Shown: piece by piece, positions 27,186 through 40,434 of the stretch
Position numbering within the stretch: the stretch's first letter is position 1
How the letters are laid out: each line of letters starts with the position of its first letter
Assembly: GCA_951406725.2 (NCBI GenBank)
Contig: OX597822.1
Coordinates: forward strand, 59,272,001 to 59,336,000
Direction of reading: 5' to 3'
DNA: 64,000 bases
From: Octopus vulgaris
Lineage: Eukaryota
Notes under the pieces: model-generated
Database searches by the model: none
What the model was told of the DNA's origin: nothing
What the model saw: the letters and a program-made list of their open reading frames with translations, nothing else
Position numbers and translations under genes: made by a program

Positions 27186-27480
27186 GGAGGCGCAATGGCC
27201 CAATGGTTAGGGCAGTGGACTCGCGGTCAGAGGATCGCGGTTTCGATTCCCAAACCGGGCGTTGTGTGTATTTATTGAGCGAAAACACCTAAAGCTCCAC
27301 GAGGCTCCGGCAGGGGGTGGTGGCGACCCCTGTTGTACTCTTTCGCCCAAATTTTCTCTCACTCTTTCTTCCTGTTTCTTGTCCCCGACTTCCTACGCAA
27401 CCGCTGAGCCTCGGTGTCGGGGGTTGACCTGCTTTCTCTTCTGCGGGTCTTACGAATAGCAAAGGACCACGATTCGGATT
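27186..27480 (+). mobile_element. SINE with head type A and tail type C
   Basis: Matches 2633-2828 up to cctgtttcttg, then a different tail (tccccgacttcctacgcaaccgctgagcc...). Confidence 0.85.
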
Positions 27481-28239
27481 TTTCCCACTGCGAGCATTGG
27501 GACGAAGACTGTTCGCTCAACAGTGTAGTGGTTAAGTGTGTATGTAAAAAAATACGTAACCCTATTCATGATTGAAAGGAATTTATAGGTACACTACATA
27601 CAAATGTAGGCAACTGCTATGAGTTGCTAGAAATACATAGTACATTCGTGGAAGTCATATTAGGAATGAATATGTTTGTGCGTGTGTGCGTGTTTCATTC
27701 GAAACAGTAGTCTATCGGCACTTCGAACATTTCTCTCTGTTTCTGTCGTAGATAGATCTAACTCGTCTGTATGCTCCCGTCTGTCTGCTGCGATTGTCTG
27801 TTTGCCTTTCTGTTTCACCCTAGTATTTATAATAAAAAGTGGCAGCTAGAAAGACAGACATACTGCAGCGGAGTTTTTACCTAAATAGGTCAGCGCTTGT
27901 CCAGTTGAACTTCGCCTGACATGATGAGGTCGCAGGTCAAGGTGAGATGATCAATCAATTTTTGACAGGACAAAGAAAACCTTTTTTCGCGCCTGTTGAT
28001 CGTCGTGGTTTGGACGACCGAGAATTCTTGGATTCGGTTTCGAATCTAGGCTTAGAGATAGAAGTGTTAATTCTTACAACAGTAACAGCAACAGCAATAA
28101 TATTTATAATGATGGTTTCAAATTTTGGCACAAGGCTAGCAGTTTCAGAGGAGGGTATAAGTCGATTACATCGATCTCAGTATTTATCTGGTACTTACAT
28201 TATCAACTCCGAAAGGAGGAAAGGCAAGGTCGACCCCAC

Positions 28240-31200
28240 AAAAATCACGATCGCCCTGACCTCTAAGGGCAAGCGCCTCTCCATTTCATCTACTCTCGAT
28301 CTAGAGGCGCATCATTAGAGTAGGCCCGTTCAATCGGTCCATTCGTGTTACATTCACCCAGCTTTTAACAAAATTGCTGGGAGGCAGCACTTTCCTCTCT
28401 ATCTTCACTTTCATTTTCAAGTGAAACTTGAAAAAAATTGATGAGGGCTTGGCCAAAGAGAGAAGTGTTTGCCTTCAGCTCCTTCAACCTGTCCACCACA
28501 CAACCGTTTTCGCTAAGGCCAGTAAACAAAGAAACACTGCTTGTCCTTCCCGGCCAAAGGAAGACGACGGGACTATCTTCACGATGCTTGACTTAGCACT
28601 GCCAAGCCAAGGATTTCTGTAAGTTATTCATAGGCCCCGGCCTGAAAGCCCTCCGGAACAGATCAACCAATTCATTCTCATCGACTACTGGACGCTCCCC
28701 AAGAAAGTCGTCACTCTTGCCTGGATGGAACTGCCAACCGCATTGTCCGATTGACTGAGGACTGCAAGCGTCTGACAACACTCTCGGTGTCAGGCACCCT
28801 GCCTCGGTTTGTGCTTAGTCCAGTACTGCAGCTCAGACAAAGGGACAAGTTGTAGAAAATCGTGTCTGAGAAACGGCGACCACATTTTCTCACTGGCTAT
28901 GAAGCAGTGGAGATATCGCAGCCTCTGCAGCCACAACATGACCAGCCACCACATTCCACGGTAAATGGAGTAAATGGAGTGCCTGACTAGTGGAACGTGC
29001 ATCTTTCACAGAAACGGAAAAAGCACACTCTAGTTTGATGAGACTTGAACTGGAGCAAGGCACGACGTTCAGGTGGTAATATATGACGGCGGCGATGTAT
29101 GCATTTGCCACCTTTGCCCGATATTTCGGCGATATTTTGCTCTCGGCCCATTTCTGGGGAAAATTGGCTACCCTGTTCGTCACCTCGTCCCAGTTCTTCT
29201 CCACCGGATATCTGGACAAAACCAGATCCCGAGCAATTTAACCGGTCTTTCCATTAAATTGCTCGGGATTCCACGACGTTATTGGATGGCAAGGACTTGA
29301 TACAGAAGAGTAAGCAGGGACATTCTTAACAAACCGAATGAATGATGTTGAATGGTTCTGATAGGTAACTATTCATCCTAACTACTGAGAAAATGTCGCT
29401 GTACATTGCAGTGATCCAGTCAAGGAAAACAGGACCGAAACGTGAGAACGGCCACCAAACATTAGTGGTCGACCCTATCGAAAGCTTTATACTGAACCAA
29501 ATTGATCTGGGCCCCAGCCATGCCAGGTTCCTTACCTACCCTGTCATTGATGTATCGCATGAGGTGGAGGTTGTCATGGATGGATCTGCTTGGGATTGCG
29601 CATGTTTACGCATCACCAAAGATCTTCGAGGACAAGCGCCAACCTCTTTGCTAACACTTTGGCCAAAATTTTGAAGGTTGCCTTCAGCAGCGTTATGGGA
29701 CTAAAGTTTTCTATTTGATCTCCCTTGTTTGGGTTCTTTCTTAGCAGTGCCACCGCTACTCGACTCACAGAATTGAGAATTCTCCCATTTTGCTGCTACT
29801 TGTAGTAGATATCTGCCAAAAAACCGAAAACAAGTCTGGCATATAGAAGTAAAGCTTACAGGGCAGACTATCCAAATTAGGCGATTTGCACCCCGTGCAA
29901 CTCGCCATCGCATCCCGTATTTCTGCGGCTGTAATCGGCATTTCGCAAAATTCTTCCCACACCCCTTTCCGAGAGTCGTGGCATGCCGTCGAGGTAGGCA
30001 CTGAAGTCCATCCTGCGTTTCGGGCTGCCATTCGTCCCAAGCAGTTCAGTGAAGTGCTGCTGAAATGCCGCACACATCTGGTCGGGATCGAGTACGATCA
30101 TGGGCTCGTGTGCTAATCACGTGTTTCAAATACCTTGGCGTCATCATTACAGCCACAGCTTAAGGTGGGGCTTACATTAAAACACGAATCGACCTCGCTC
30201 GCCAAGCCCTCAACCGACTCAATGCACGACTCTGGTCAAGATCTGAGATCCGACGCACCACCAAATTATGGATCTACCAAGCACTAGTGTGAACTTTTCT
30301 CCTTTACGGCAGCGAGTAATGGCCGAAGAGAGTGGAAGATATTAAGCGACTAGAGTCCTTCGATCACCTCTGTTTGCGCCGCATCCTTCGTGTTCGATGG
30401 CATCACTTTGTCTCCAACAATTCGGCGCGACACCAGTGCAAAATCACCTTTCACCGACAAGTCATCCTAACGAGACGTCTGCGTTGGCTGGGTCATGCCC
30501 TCCGTCGTCAACCAGGAGAATTCATCTACCAAGTAATTGCCCCAGCTCCCCTTCAGGGTTAGCGAAAGCGATGTGGTGGACAACGGAAAACCTGGCTGAT
30601 GACAGTCAAGGCTAATCTGGAACCCAGCCTAGGCCCTCATGTCTACGGCGTTCGCCGCTGGAATAGGGAGTGGTTGGAGTCATGCGGTCGTTAGCCTCAA
30701 ATCGCCAGGCCTGGTCGGCGTTTGTGAGAGATGCAGCATTGAGGAAGAATGAAGCCAGCACAACCCATCCCGGGTGAATGCTGTCTCTAGACTAGACTAG
30801 TGCCAATCACGCAGCCAGCACGTCAGTTGCAATGTCTTTCTTAAACGCCTCTTCTAAGTTTCTAACTAAATTCCCTTCTATTTTATTCTTTTCTATCATC
30901 AATACCTTACTAAACCGAACTGATTCTACTCGAATTGCAGTTTTCAGGACAAACCACCATTTGTTGTTGACGATTGACCCCGTGAACGATCTCTTAACTA
31001 ATTCTTGAATCCGGTCTCTGTAAGCTTGGCACGCCGAGAATGACGCGTTCAGCTTCCCGTAACTGGGTCCCTGCCTTCTAAGCCTATCTAGGTCGACCGT
31101 ACAGATCACAAATTAGTGGTCTGTGTAGCCGACCAGTTTGAAAAGTGGACAACTTATACTCTCTTTATCTACTGACCTACAGAATACCCTATCTAGATAG

Positions 31201-31300
31201 GACCTGGATAACCCGATGCGATTCGTCCATATCCACATTAGTACATCAGGGAAATGAAGTAGATTGAGATGTTTATTTTGAACTTGTGGAAGACACACGA
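28240..31300 (-). pseudogene. Tx1/L1-clade LINE ORF2 remnant
   Basis: SRSYLDRVF..YTDH..KLNAS (APE), PITAAEIRDAM..KSPNLDSLP, PITLL..KILAK, KAFDRVDH, RAKVAN (RT); many stops and frameshifts. Confidence 0.85.
30122..30799 (+). mobile_element. 5'-truncated RTE LINE nested in the Tx1 element
   Basis: FKYLG..RIDLARQA..LLYGSE*W..FDHLCLRRIL..RRLRWLGHALR; (ctaga)n tail; TSD gtgc(t/c)aatcacg at 30110-30121 and 30800-30811. Confidence 0.92.
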
Positions 31301-31375
31301 GATGTCGAAATATTGTTCATTCGATAACAGTCGCACCCTATTTCATTCATAATAATAATAATAATAATAATAATA

Positions 31376-31713
<338 letters not shown>

Positions 31714-31904
31714 GTTTCAAATTAACCACGAGGGCAGTAATTTTGGGGGAGAGGATGAGGCTATTACATCTACCCTAGTGTTCAACTGGTACTTATTTTA
31801 TCGATCTCGAAAGGATGAAAAGCAAAGTCGACATGGACGTTTGGACTCAGAACGTATGACTTTGATGGCATGCACTACTCAATATAATAGTAATAATAAT
31901 AATA

Positions 31905-31936
<32 letters not shown>

Positions 31937-32150
31937 ATTAATTACAACATTTATATCAGTTCTGCTATACACAACACCAGACACTTTCAATTCACTCGCA
32001 CAAAAGATGCAATACATTTATGCAAAGTCATCTCATAATAAAAACACATAACTCACCACAAAGTAACATAATCATTAAAGTAACACCCATTAAAACATTG
32101 CTCACACATACATGCACACACACGCACACACATACACACATACACGCACG

Positions 32151-32206
<56 letters not shown>

Positions 32207-32314
32207 TCTATACTACCTCCAGCCAACAATTCTAAAAGAAGTCGGCGGGGTCACGGCTGGAATACCTTTGATCATTGAATCTGCTCGTTCACGGTTAAAC
32301 AACACACACACACA

Positions 32315-32353
<39 letters not shown>

Positions 32354-33175
32354 ACACACACGCACACACACACAATCCTACACCGACTATAGTCTGCATA
32401 ATTATCTACTACAGGTATACCACAGTGAAGGCGCATGACCTAGTAATTAGGGGTATTAATTTTACGTTCATAAGTTTATGGGCTCGATCCTTAGCTAGCT
32501 CATTGCGTTGTTTCATTGAGCAAAGCACTTCATTTCACATTTCCATGTAAAAGAAACCCCCATATTTTTTAAACCTAATTTTTGACAAAAATGGTCCCTT
32601 ATACACGTTAAAATACGTATGTTATAGATCCCGGAAATTATTAGCTGATAATAATAAAAGGTGTTGTTACTTACAGGTAAGTTGAAGTGATTAAACAAAT
32701 ATAACAAACTCTGTAAAACAATGAAAAATCGTAGTATATAAACAGCAATTCCACCCCCCCCCCCACCTAGCATCACCCCCCCCACTCTCAGCAACAACAC
32801 GAGACGTATATTTAACCTTTAGCATTAGATTAAGTTTTCAGCTGGTGGTAGTACTACTGATTCCCTCCCCCCCACCTCCCGTACTAATGCTTACACACAC
32901 ATACACACACTCACACACTTATTCCCCCACAACACAATTCTTTACACCTACAGGTTTCGGCATGTACACTCACAAACACAACATAGACAAACAAATAGAC
33001 GTACATACACGCACACATACATACATACATACATACATACATACATACATACATACATGCATGCATACATACATACATACATACATACATACATACATAC
33101 ATACATACATACATACATACATGCATACATACATACATACATACACACATGCACACACATACATATACCTATATG

Positions 33176-33217
<42 letters not shown>

Positions 33218-33371
33218 GAGAGAGAGAAATGCACACACTCACTGACACACACATACATTCACACACTAACCTGTACATACTCTAACACTTGTATATGACC
33301 TCTCTGATGATTTTCAGTCCGACTGCTAATCTGCATGGTTTAAAGGATAGGTGATGAACGAAAGTTGTAAC

Positions 33372-33495
33372 ATACTGTGCACTTCCAACTGGTTAGGTCT
33401 GCACACATCTCTACACTTCCAACGCTAATGGACATTCAGTAGATGGAATAATAAATGAAGTCACCACAAAGAGATATCTATATATCATTGTCATT
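33372..33495. repeat. second unclassified dispersed repeat (copy 2 of 3)
   Basis: Aligns to 11225-11390 and 43505-43660. Confidence 0.7.
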
Positions 33496-33559
33496 GCGCG
33501 CACTGGCACAAACCAAGAATAGTTCTGCGTCCCGGCACCCAAAATGGATTGTAATAACA

Positions 33560-34043
33560 TACGAGGTAGGATCAAAAGGCTCGAAGACTACTTATGTCCT
33601 GCACCAACATTTGGCAGCACACAGTTGGGCGCGCAGTGAGACCTAAAAGTGACATCGCTGTGTTTACTTCGCAAGTTGTGGGATGTGTGGTCTTGTGATC
33701 ACGTGTGTGCTGTAGTCTGCGATTTTGTCGTGGACAGGAAGTTGGAACAAAGAGCCAACGCGAAAGTTTGCTTTAAACTTAGGAGGTCTGCTACAGATAC
33801 ATTGAGTATGATGACCCTGAGACGAAGCAGCAGTCGTTACAATGGTAGTTCCCTTCATCTCCACGACCGAAGAAGGCATGACAGAACCGCAGCTCAATCA
33901 AAAGCATGCTCGTCATTTTCGTTTTCGACATTCGTGGTATTGTGCATCAAGAATTCGCCCCTTAGGGCCAGACCGTCATTCGAGAGTTCTGCTGCGATAT
34001 TTTGAAGCGTTTTAGGGAGGACATTCGGCGAAAGCGACCTAAA
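33560..34043 (+). mobile_element. mariner (DD34D-type) 5' remnant with internal deletion
   Basis: tacgagg terminus; EQRANAKVCFKL, YDPETKQQS.QW, FDIRGIVHQEF..GQTV..IRRKRP. Confidence 0.88.
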
Positions 34044-36588
34044 TTATACAGCAAGTGGTCAACAAGGTTGTCGGAACCAGGATCTGTAGACAACATCAAA
34101 ATGTATTGCAGGTCAGAGACAATATCGAGAAAGTATTTTTTTTTAGATTTTAAAATTTTATTGCTCCAACATCATATTGCCATCATATCGAGTTTAGAAT
34201 TCACAATTGTGCCAGGAGTAGTATTTATTCATGATGACAAGCTGACGAAAACAGTGATGAAGCATATTCAACGAAAAAGGACGACTCTAAAATGTGAACG
34301 TATTTGAAAAACTTAAGTAAGTAGCAATACATGTCGTAGTTCTTGTAATATGCTTCAGTTTCAATGTTTTAATCTGTACGATGCACTTGATGTTTGTATT
34401 CACTTATAGGAAGTTTGATCAGCACAGTTTTTGTTTGTTAGGAACTGCCGCATTCCGACGAAATCCACTTCACGCACCAGATCCTAGTACAGGATTGTTT
34501 TCCACTAAGCAAAGGTATAGTGTATCTGAACTATTTATGAAGGGAACTCATAGGCAATAGAAAAATGATACGAGGGTGTATCATAGACAGTCATAGACGA
34601 CAGAAAAGGCGCAATTTTCGAGAAGTTTCGAATATGCTATACATATATTGTGATAAAAAATAATACCCCTCAGTATTGTATATTTGTCGATGGTTTTTTT
34701 ATCTAGTAGATAATGCGTCCGTGAAGTATGTAAAAAGTAGAGTGTTAAAGGTTATGAAACGTTACCATCATCATCAATATCATCAACATCACCGTTATTG
34801 CCATCACCACCACTATCGTCCTCATCATCACTACCACCACCATCATTACCGCCATTACAACGATAAGCGCAAGTCTAGCCATTCAAAGTCCAGTAGCTTG
34901 TCCGAAATCTCGAGATATTGTTGAATACGTTGTCTTCATAGAACATGTTAAGAGCAATTCAATTTGGAATAATTCACCTTCTCAAAGCTATTGATTGTGG
35001 CTGAGCTCGTAGAAGGGAATCTGGAATTTCAGGAGGAGGGAAAATAAAATATTAACCCTCCCACCCCCATATAATCATTCCCTAAATCATTAGAATGTAA
35101 GCGAATGCGAAGGAAAAATTAGTAAAACCGGGAATCGAAACTAGATTGCAGAGACGGCTCAGCAAGAGCCTAGCTCCACTTGAGGATGTATAAACATAAA
35201 AAAGAAAGATAAAAAAGCAGAAAGCGAAAAAATAAAAACAAGGAAATGTCGATTCTGTGCGATGATAGACTATCGGATTCGATTATTCACAACACGTGAC
35301 GGCCCTTCGGTCAAATCCTACTGAACTGTTTTTCCTTTCTTTGGAGTTCGATCAAATAGAGTTAATACTAAATTCAATTCGATTGAATTACCGACAAAGA
35401 ACAGATCTGATACATGTATCAACTTTGTTCTTTGACTCCCGGCAAAGAACAGACCTGATATATAGTCAAAAGAAATCCATATATAGTTCAAGGATATCTG
35501 CTTCCGTTTTAAAGGAAGAAATGTCAAAATAAAGAAAAATAAATGTTCGTGCAGTCACTAAATAACTTCAATACCAGAAGAAAAGTTCTGTGTTCTTTTC
35601 ATGTTATCATTCAGACGGTGTCACGACAAAGCAAACAAATAATAGATTTTAATATAATTTTCTTTCTATATAGCGCAAGCGCAAGCGTGGCTGTGTGGAA
35701 AGGCAAGTTGGTAAGACATGGTGTCGGGTTCAATTCCACTGCGTGGCTCCGGACAGCGTGAGTGGAACAGAACTAAGCAGAAACAGAACTAAGCCCGTCG
35801 TATGTGTGTGTGTGTGTGTGTGTGTGCTTGTTTCCCACCACTGCTTGTTGGTTTCAGATGTCTCAACCACAAGGTGTTGGCTTCAGATGTCTCATAATTT
35901 GGTGGTTCGGCATAGAGGACCGATTGATAAAAGTACTCTTTCTATCCGGTGAAGAAAACTCTTAGGCTTGTATTCACGTTTATGAAAGTGGTGATGTCCT
36001 TTGCGATATTTATTTGAAATTTCGAAATCTGAAAACTTCTGAAGTCCGAAATACTCTCGAGTGAATCAAGTACCCCCAAAATACAAAATCTCAGAAAGCG
36101 ATTCCATTATTAATGTAAATATGTAAAGGAAATGTTTCTTTTCTCATATCTGTGCCACAGATACGACAAAAGAAGCAATGTAAGCATTTTGAGTTCTATT
36201 ATTGATGTGAATATGTTAAGGGAATGATTATATTCTTTATGTTTGAAGTCTATTCGGTCATCTGACGATAACGGTTTCTTTAAAATGATGTAATGAATTG
36301 ACGCTTGTACATCTTCGTTACTCATATTTTATACACCTAACTTGGAATCTGCACTTCGGAAATACTGTCGAAAGAACCTTTATAGAAAGTACATGCTTGA
36401 ATTACTAAGAGCGGATATCTTCATTTAGCTTGGTTGCGTTGTCTGCCCACACGGCAGGAATATCAGTACAAACACCTTTTCACGGTGTCTTGATATTCAA
36501 TATTCAATTAATATTGTTTGGTAGTGTGGATTATACCAACCTAGCAAGGTGCCTCAAATAAAGTACCTAATGATCAGACCTCGTATGC

Positions 36589-36722
<134 letters not shown>

Positions 36723-36727
36723 GTGTG

Positions 36728-36797
<70 letters not shown>

Positions 36798-36960
36798 TGC
36801 TTCACGTTTATTTTGGTGATTTTGGATTTGTTGTAAATTACACAGTCGAGTCTTGCTGTAGTCGAGCTTTGGTAACGAATTATCCCTGCTATACGCGAAC
36901 GATATTTCCTTCATTTCTTTAAAATTATAATTGTTATAACAATATGTATTCATTCATTAA

Positions 36961-37335
36961 GTCAGCGAGCTGGCAGAAACGTTAGCACGCCGGGCGAAAT
37001 GCGTAGCCGTATTTCGTCTGCCGTTACGTTCCGAGTTCAAATTCCGCCGAGGTCGACTTTGCCTTTCATTCTTTCGGGGTCGATTAAATGAGTACCAGTT
37101 ACGCACTGGGGTCGATATAATCGACTTAATCCGTTTGTCTGTCCTTGTTTGTCCTCTCTGCTTGTAGCCCCTTGTGGGCAGTAAAGAAATAGGTAGTCCG
37201 TCCGTCTTTACGTTCTTAGTTCAAATCCTACTGAAATCGATTTTGCCCTTCATCTTTCCGAGGTCGATAAAACACACCTATCAGTTGTACCTGGGTTGAC
37301 GTAATCAATTTACTCCCTCCCACCAAAATTGCTCC
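36961..37335 (+). mobile_element. young Nin-SINE fused to the body of an old Nin-SINE
   Basis: First unit (to ~37191) close to the other young copies; second unit from ggtagtccgtcc is much more diverged and lacks its head. Confidence 0.88.
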
Positions 37336-37581
37336 TCAATAAGTATGACTTGTTAGGGTGGGAATTACTCTAAGAGTAAATGGTATATTGACATTGATGA
37401 CTACTGATCCAACATGAAGCTGTTTCACTCCAATGATGTCGCTATTGCCAATGAGAAAAGTAAGAGCAAAACCATTTAAAATAATAGAAATATTAAAATT
37501 ACTAAGTCTCTCTAAAAGAGAACAAGAGAACACGGCAGCGTTCCTGGAAATTAATAGTTATCGCCATACTAATATGGCATT

Positions 37582-37862
37582 CTTATAAAAATAAGAATAA
37601 AGCTGTCCGCTTATTAGCTCCATGAGGCCATCGCCTTAAGTTAGCTATTTGATACACAAACTGTATCCATATAACCTTCGAACAAGGGAGGTCAGTCGCT
37701 CCACACTACTTGATCGACAGCTACAGACGCGTTTCGGGGTATTGCCCCTTTTCAATGTAGCGTAGTCAGACCAGTAGGTGTCGCTTCTGACAATCCCTGT
37801 TCGAAGGTTTTATTTACCTAGTTTCAGTGGAATACATCCACTTGTTTTCCCACTTATAAAAA
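37582..37862 (-). mobile_element. retrozyme-like unit containing a hammerhead
   Basis: Flanked by cttataaaaa (37582-37591, 37853-37862); long imperfect fold-back 37674-37808 with the hammerhead at its tip; no ORF. Confidence 0.55.
37716..37767 (-). ncRNA. type I hammerhead ribozyme, U3-A8 core variant
   Basis: Minus strand: gac tac gctaca TTGAAAA GGGG caata CCCC GAAA cgcg TC tgtagc t gtc; stems I and II fully paired, GUC triplet. Confidence 0.78.
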
Positions 37863-38339
37863 AAAAAAAAAAAGACAATGGAGATAAAAAGACTATAGAA
37901 TGAATAAATAATTATGATTATTATGGAAATATATCGAGATAAATGGTGATGTACTTTAGTTTCCTTCATTTTGTTCACATTATCATTTTGTTTACTTTAT
38001 TTATATATTAATTAATTAATTTTAGTTATAGCTTGGTGAGATTTGAAGTCAGACGACAAAGGGACGTAAATGCGTACCAGAAGGTATGTTATCCCACCAC
38101 TTTACTAACCTGTCACTTTACTAACCCTTTCAAAAACAATATAAAACACATAGTTAACAGAGTCGACTGGATCGATCTCAAACACTACTACTATCACCAC
38201 CACCATCACCACTATACAAACAAGTAAAAAGAAACTGGCCTTGTGCCTAGTTATTTAACTTTGCTTAACAACCACTACAGGCAGCGGCAATAGCATCAGT
38301 TTGTGCTGAAAAAATAAGCCAAAATAAAACAAAATATAA

Positions 38340-38990
38340 CCTCCTCCTTCTCCCCCTCTTCCTTCTTCCTCCTATTCCTCCTCCTATTCCTCCTCTTCTT
38401 CCTCCTATTCCTCCTCCTCTTCCCCTTTCCCCTCATCATCGACTCTCTTCTCTTCCTCTTCCACCTTCTCCACCTTCACCTCCACTTCTTCCTCTTCCTC
38501 TTCCCCTTTCCCCTCATCATCGACTCTCTTCTCTTCCTCTTCCACCTTCTCCACCTTCACCTCCACTTCTTCCTCTTCCTCTTCCCCTTTCCCCTCATCA
38601 TCGACTCTCTTCTCTTCCTCTTCCACCTTCTCCACCTTCACCTCCACTTCTTCCTCCTCCTCTTTCTCTTTCCCCTCATCATCCACTTTCTTCTCTTCCT
38701 CTTCCACCTTCTCCACCTTCTTCCTCCTCCTACACCTCCTCCTCTTCCTCTTTCCCCTAACCCTCCTCTTCCACCTTCTCCATCTTCATCGCCTCCTCTT
38801 CTTCCTCCTCCTCCTCTTCTTCTTTCCCCTCCTCCTCTTCTTGTTTCCCCTCCTCCTCTTCTTCTTTCCCCTCATCCTCCACTTTCTTTTCCTCCTCCTC
38901 CTCCTCCTCCTCCACCACTACCAACACCACCTCCTCCTCTTCCTCCACCACTTTTTCAACCACCACCACCACCTCCGCCGCCGTCGCCGC
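38340..38990. repeat. polypyrimidine (TCC/TCT) tract with 81-bp higher-order repeat
   Basis: Marker gactc recurs at 38441, 38522 and 38603, with a variant at 38684. Confidence 0.9.
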
Positions 38991-39294
38991 CGAAAACAAA
39001 TTCACCTCTCAAGAACTATTAAAAATTTAACAGCCGCTGGTTGGTGGTTATGTGAGGCAAGGAAAGAAACCAGCGAAGCATGATCAACTACCATCCATGA
39101 CGATGAGTAGGAAAACAGAAAAGGGAACGATAAGAGAAATAAATTAAAAATGAAAGCAACAAATGGATACCAAGAAAAATGTTGTTCTCTCGTTTTAAGT
39201 AGTAAAAAAAAGGGGACAAAACTGGAAAAAGGAGAGAAAAGAAGTGATTCATTTATTTCATTAACTTTATATATATATATATATTCTTTTTGTT

Positions 39295-39479
39295 TCTTTT
39301 ACTTGTTTCAGTCATTTGACTACATGCTGGAGCACAGCCTTTACTCGAACAAATCGATCCCAGTACTTATTCTTTGTAAGCCTAGTACTTGGTTGTCAAG
39401 TGATGGTGGTTGTGGTGTTGGTAGTTAGCAAACGCAGACACACAAACATATACATACATACATACATACATACATACAT

Positions 39480-39574
<95 letters not shown>

Positions 39575-39952
39575 CATATATATATATATATACATATATA
39601 TACATACATATATATATATATACGGCGGGCTTCTTTCAGTTTCCGTCTGCCAAATCCACTCACAAGGTTTTGGTCGGCCCAAGGCTTTAGTAGAAGACAC
39701 TTGCCCAAGGTGCCACGCAATGGGATTGAACCCAGAACCATGTGGTTCGTAAGAAAGCTCGGAAACTGAAAGAAACCTGTCCTATGCAGGACAGGCTTCT
39801 TTCGGTTTCTGTCTACTAAATCCACTCACAAGGCCTTGGTCGGCCCGAGCCTATAATAGAAGACACTTGCTCAAGGTGCCACGCAGTGGGATTGAACCCG
39901 GAACCATGTGGTTGGTGTGCAGGCAACTTACCACACAGCCACTCCTGCGCCT
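39295..39952 (-). mobile_element. CORE-like SINE with duplicated 5' half
   Basis: Two head/CORE segments (39620-39760, 39790-39952) and one tail. Confidence 0.88.
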
Positions 39953-40231
39953 ATTATACAGATTATATACAGATCATATTGATAACTACTACTTTACCAT
40001 AAGAGGAGTAGGTGTAGTGTGTAGTTTTATATGTGTGTGTGTGTGGAGAAGACCAGTGGCAACGAGATTCATGCCCGCATGTTGATGCTTAGCCAGAAAT
40101 CAATCCTTCTCTGGCAGCAAACATATGATGTCGATATTTTGTTACGTTTAATCGTATAATCGTATGTGCGTATGTGCGTATGTGTATGCGCACGCGTGCA
40201 CAGACACACATACATACACACACACAGTCAG

Positions 40232-40282
<51 letters not shown>

Positions 40283-40434
40283 GAAAACAGGCAGTTAGAT
40301 GGATAAAGAATACTGAAGTAACTGAAACAATGTTTAGCCGTTAACGGCTCATTCACAAATGATTGGACAGGCCATTACAGCCAATCTTGAAGATTCTGTC
40401 AACTCAAAAGTTAAAATAAATTTTATTCAGTTAT

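Noticed and set aside
32205-32230. let-7-like ggaggtagta on the minus strand
   Set aside because: Only a partial match and no precursor hairpin.
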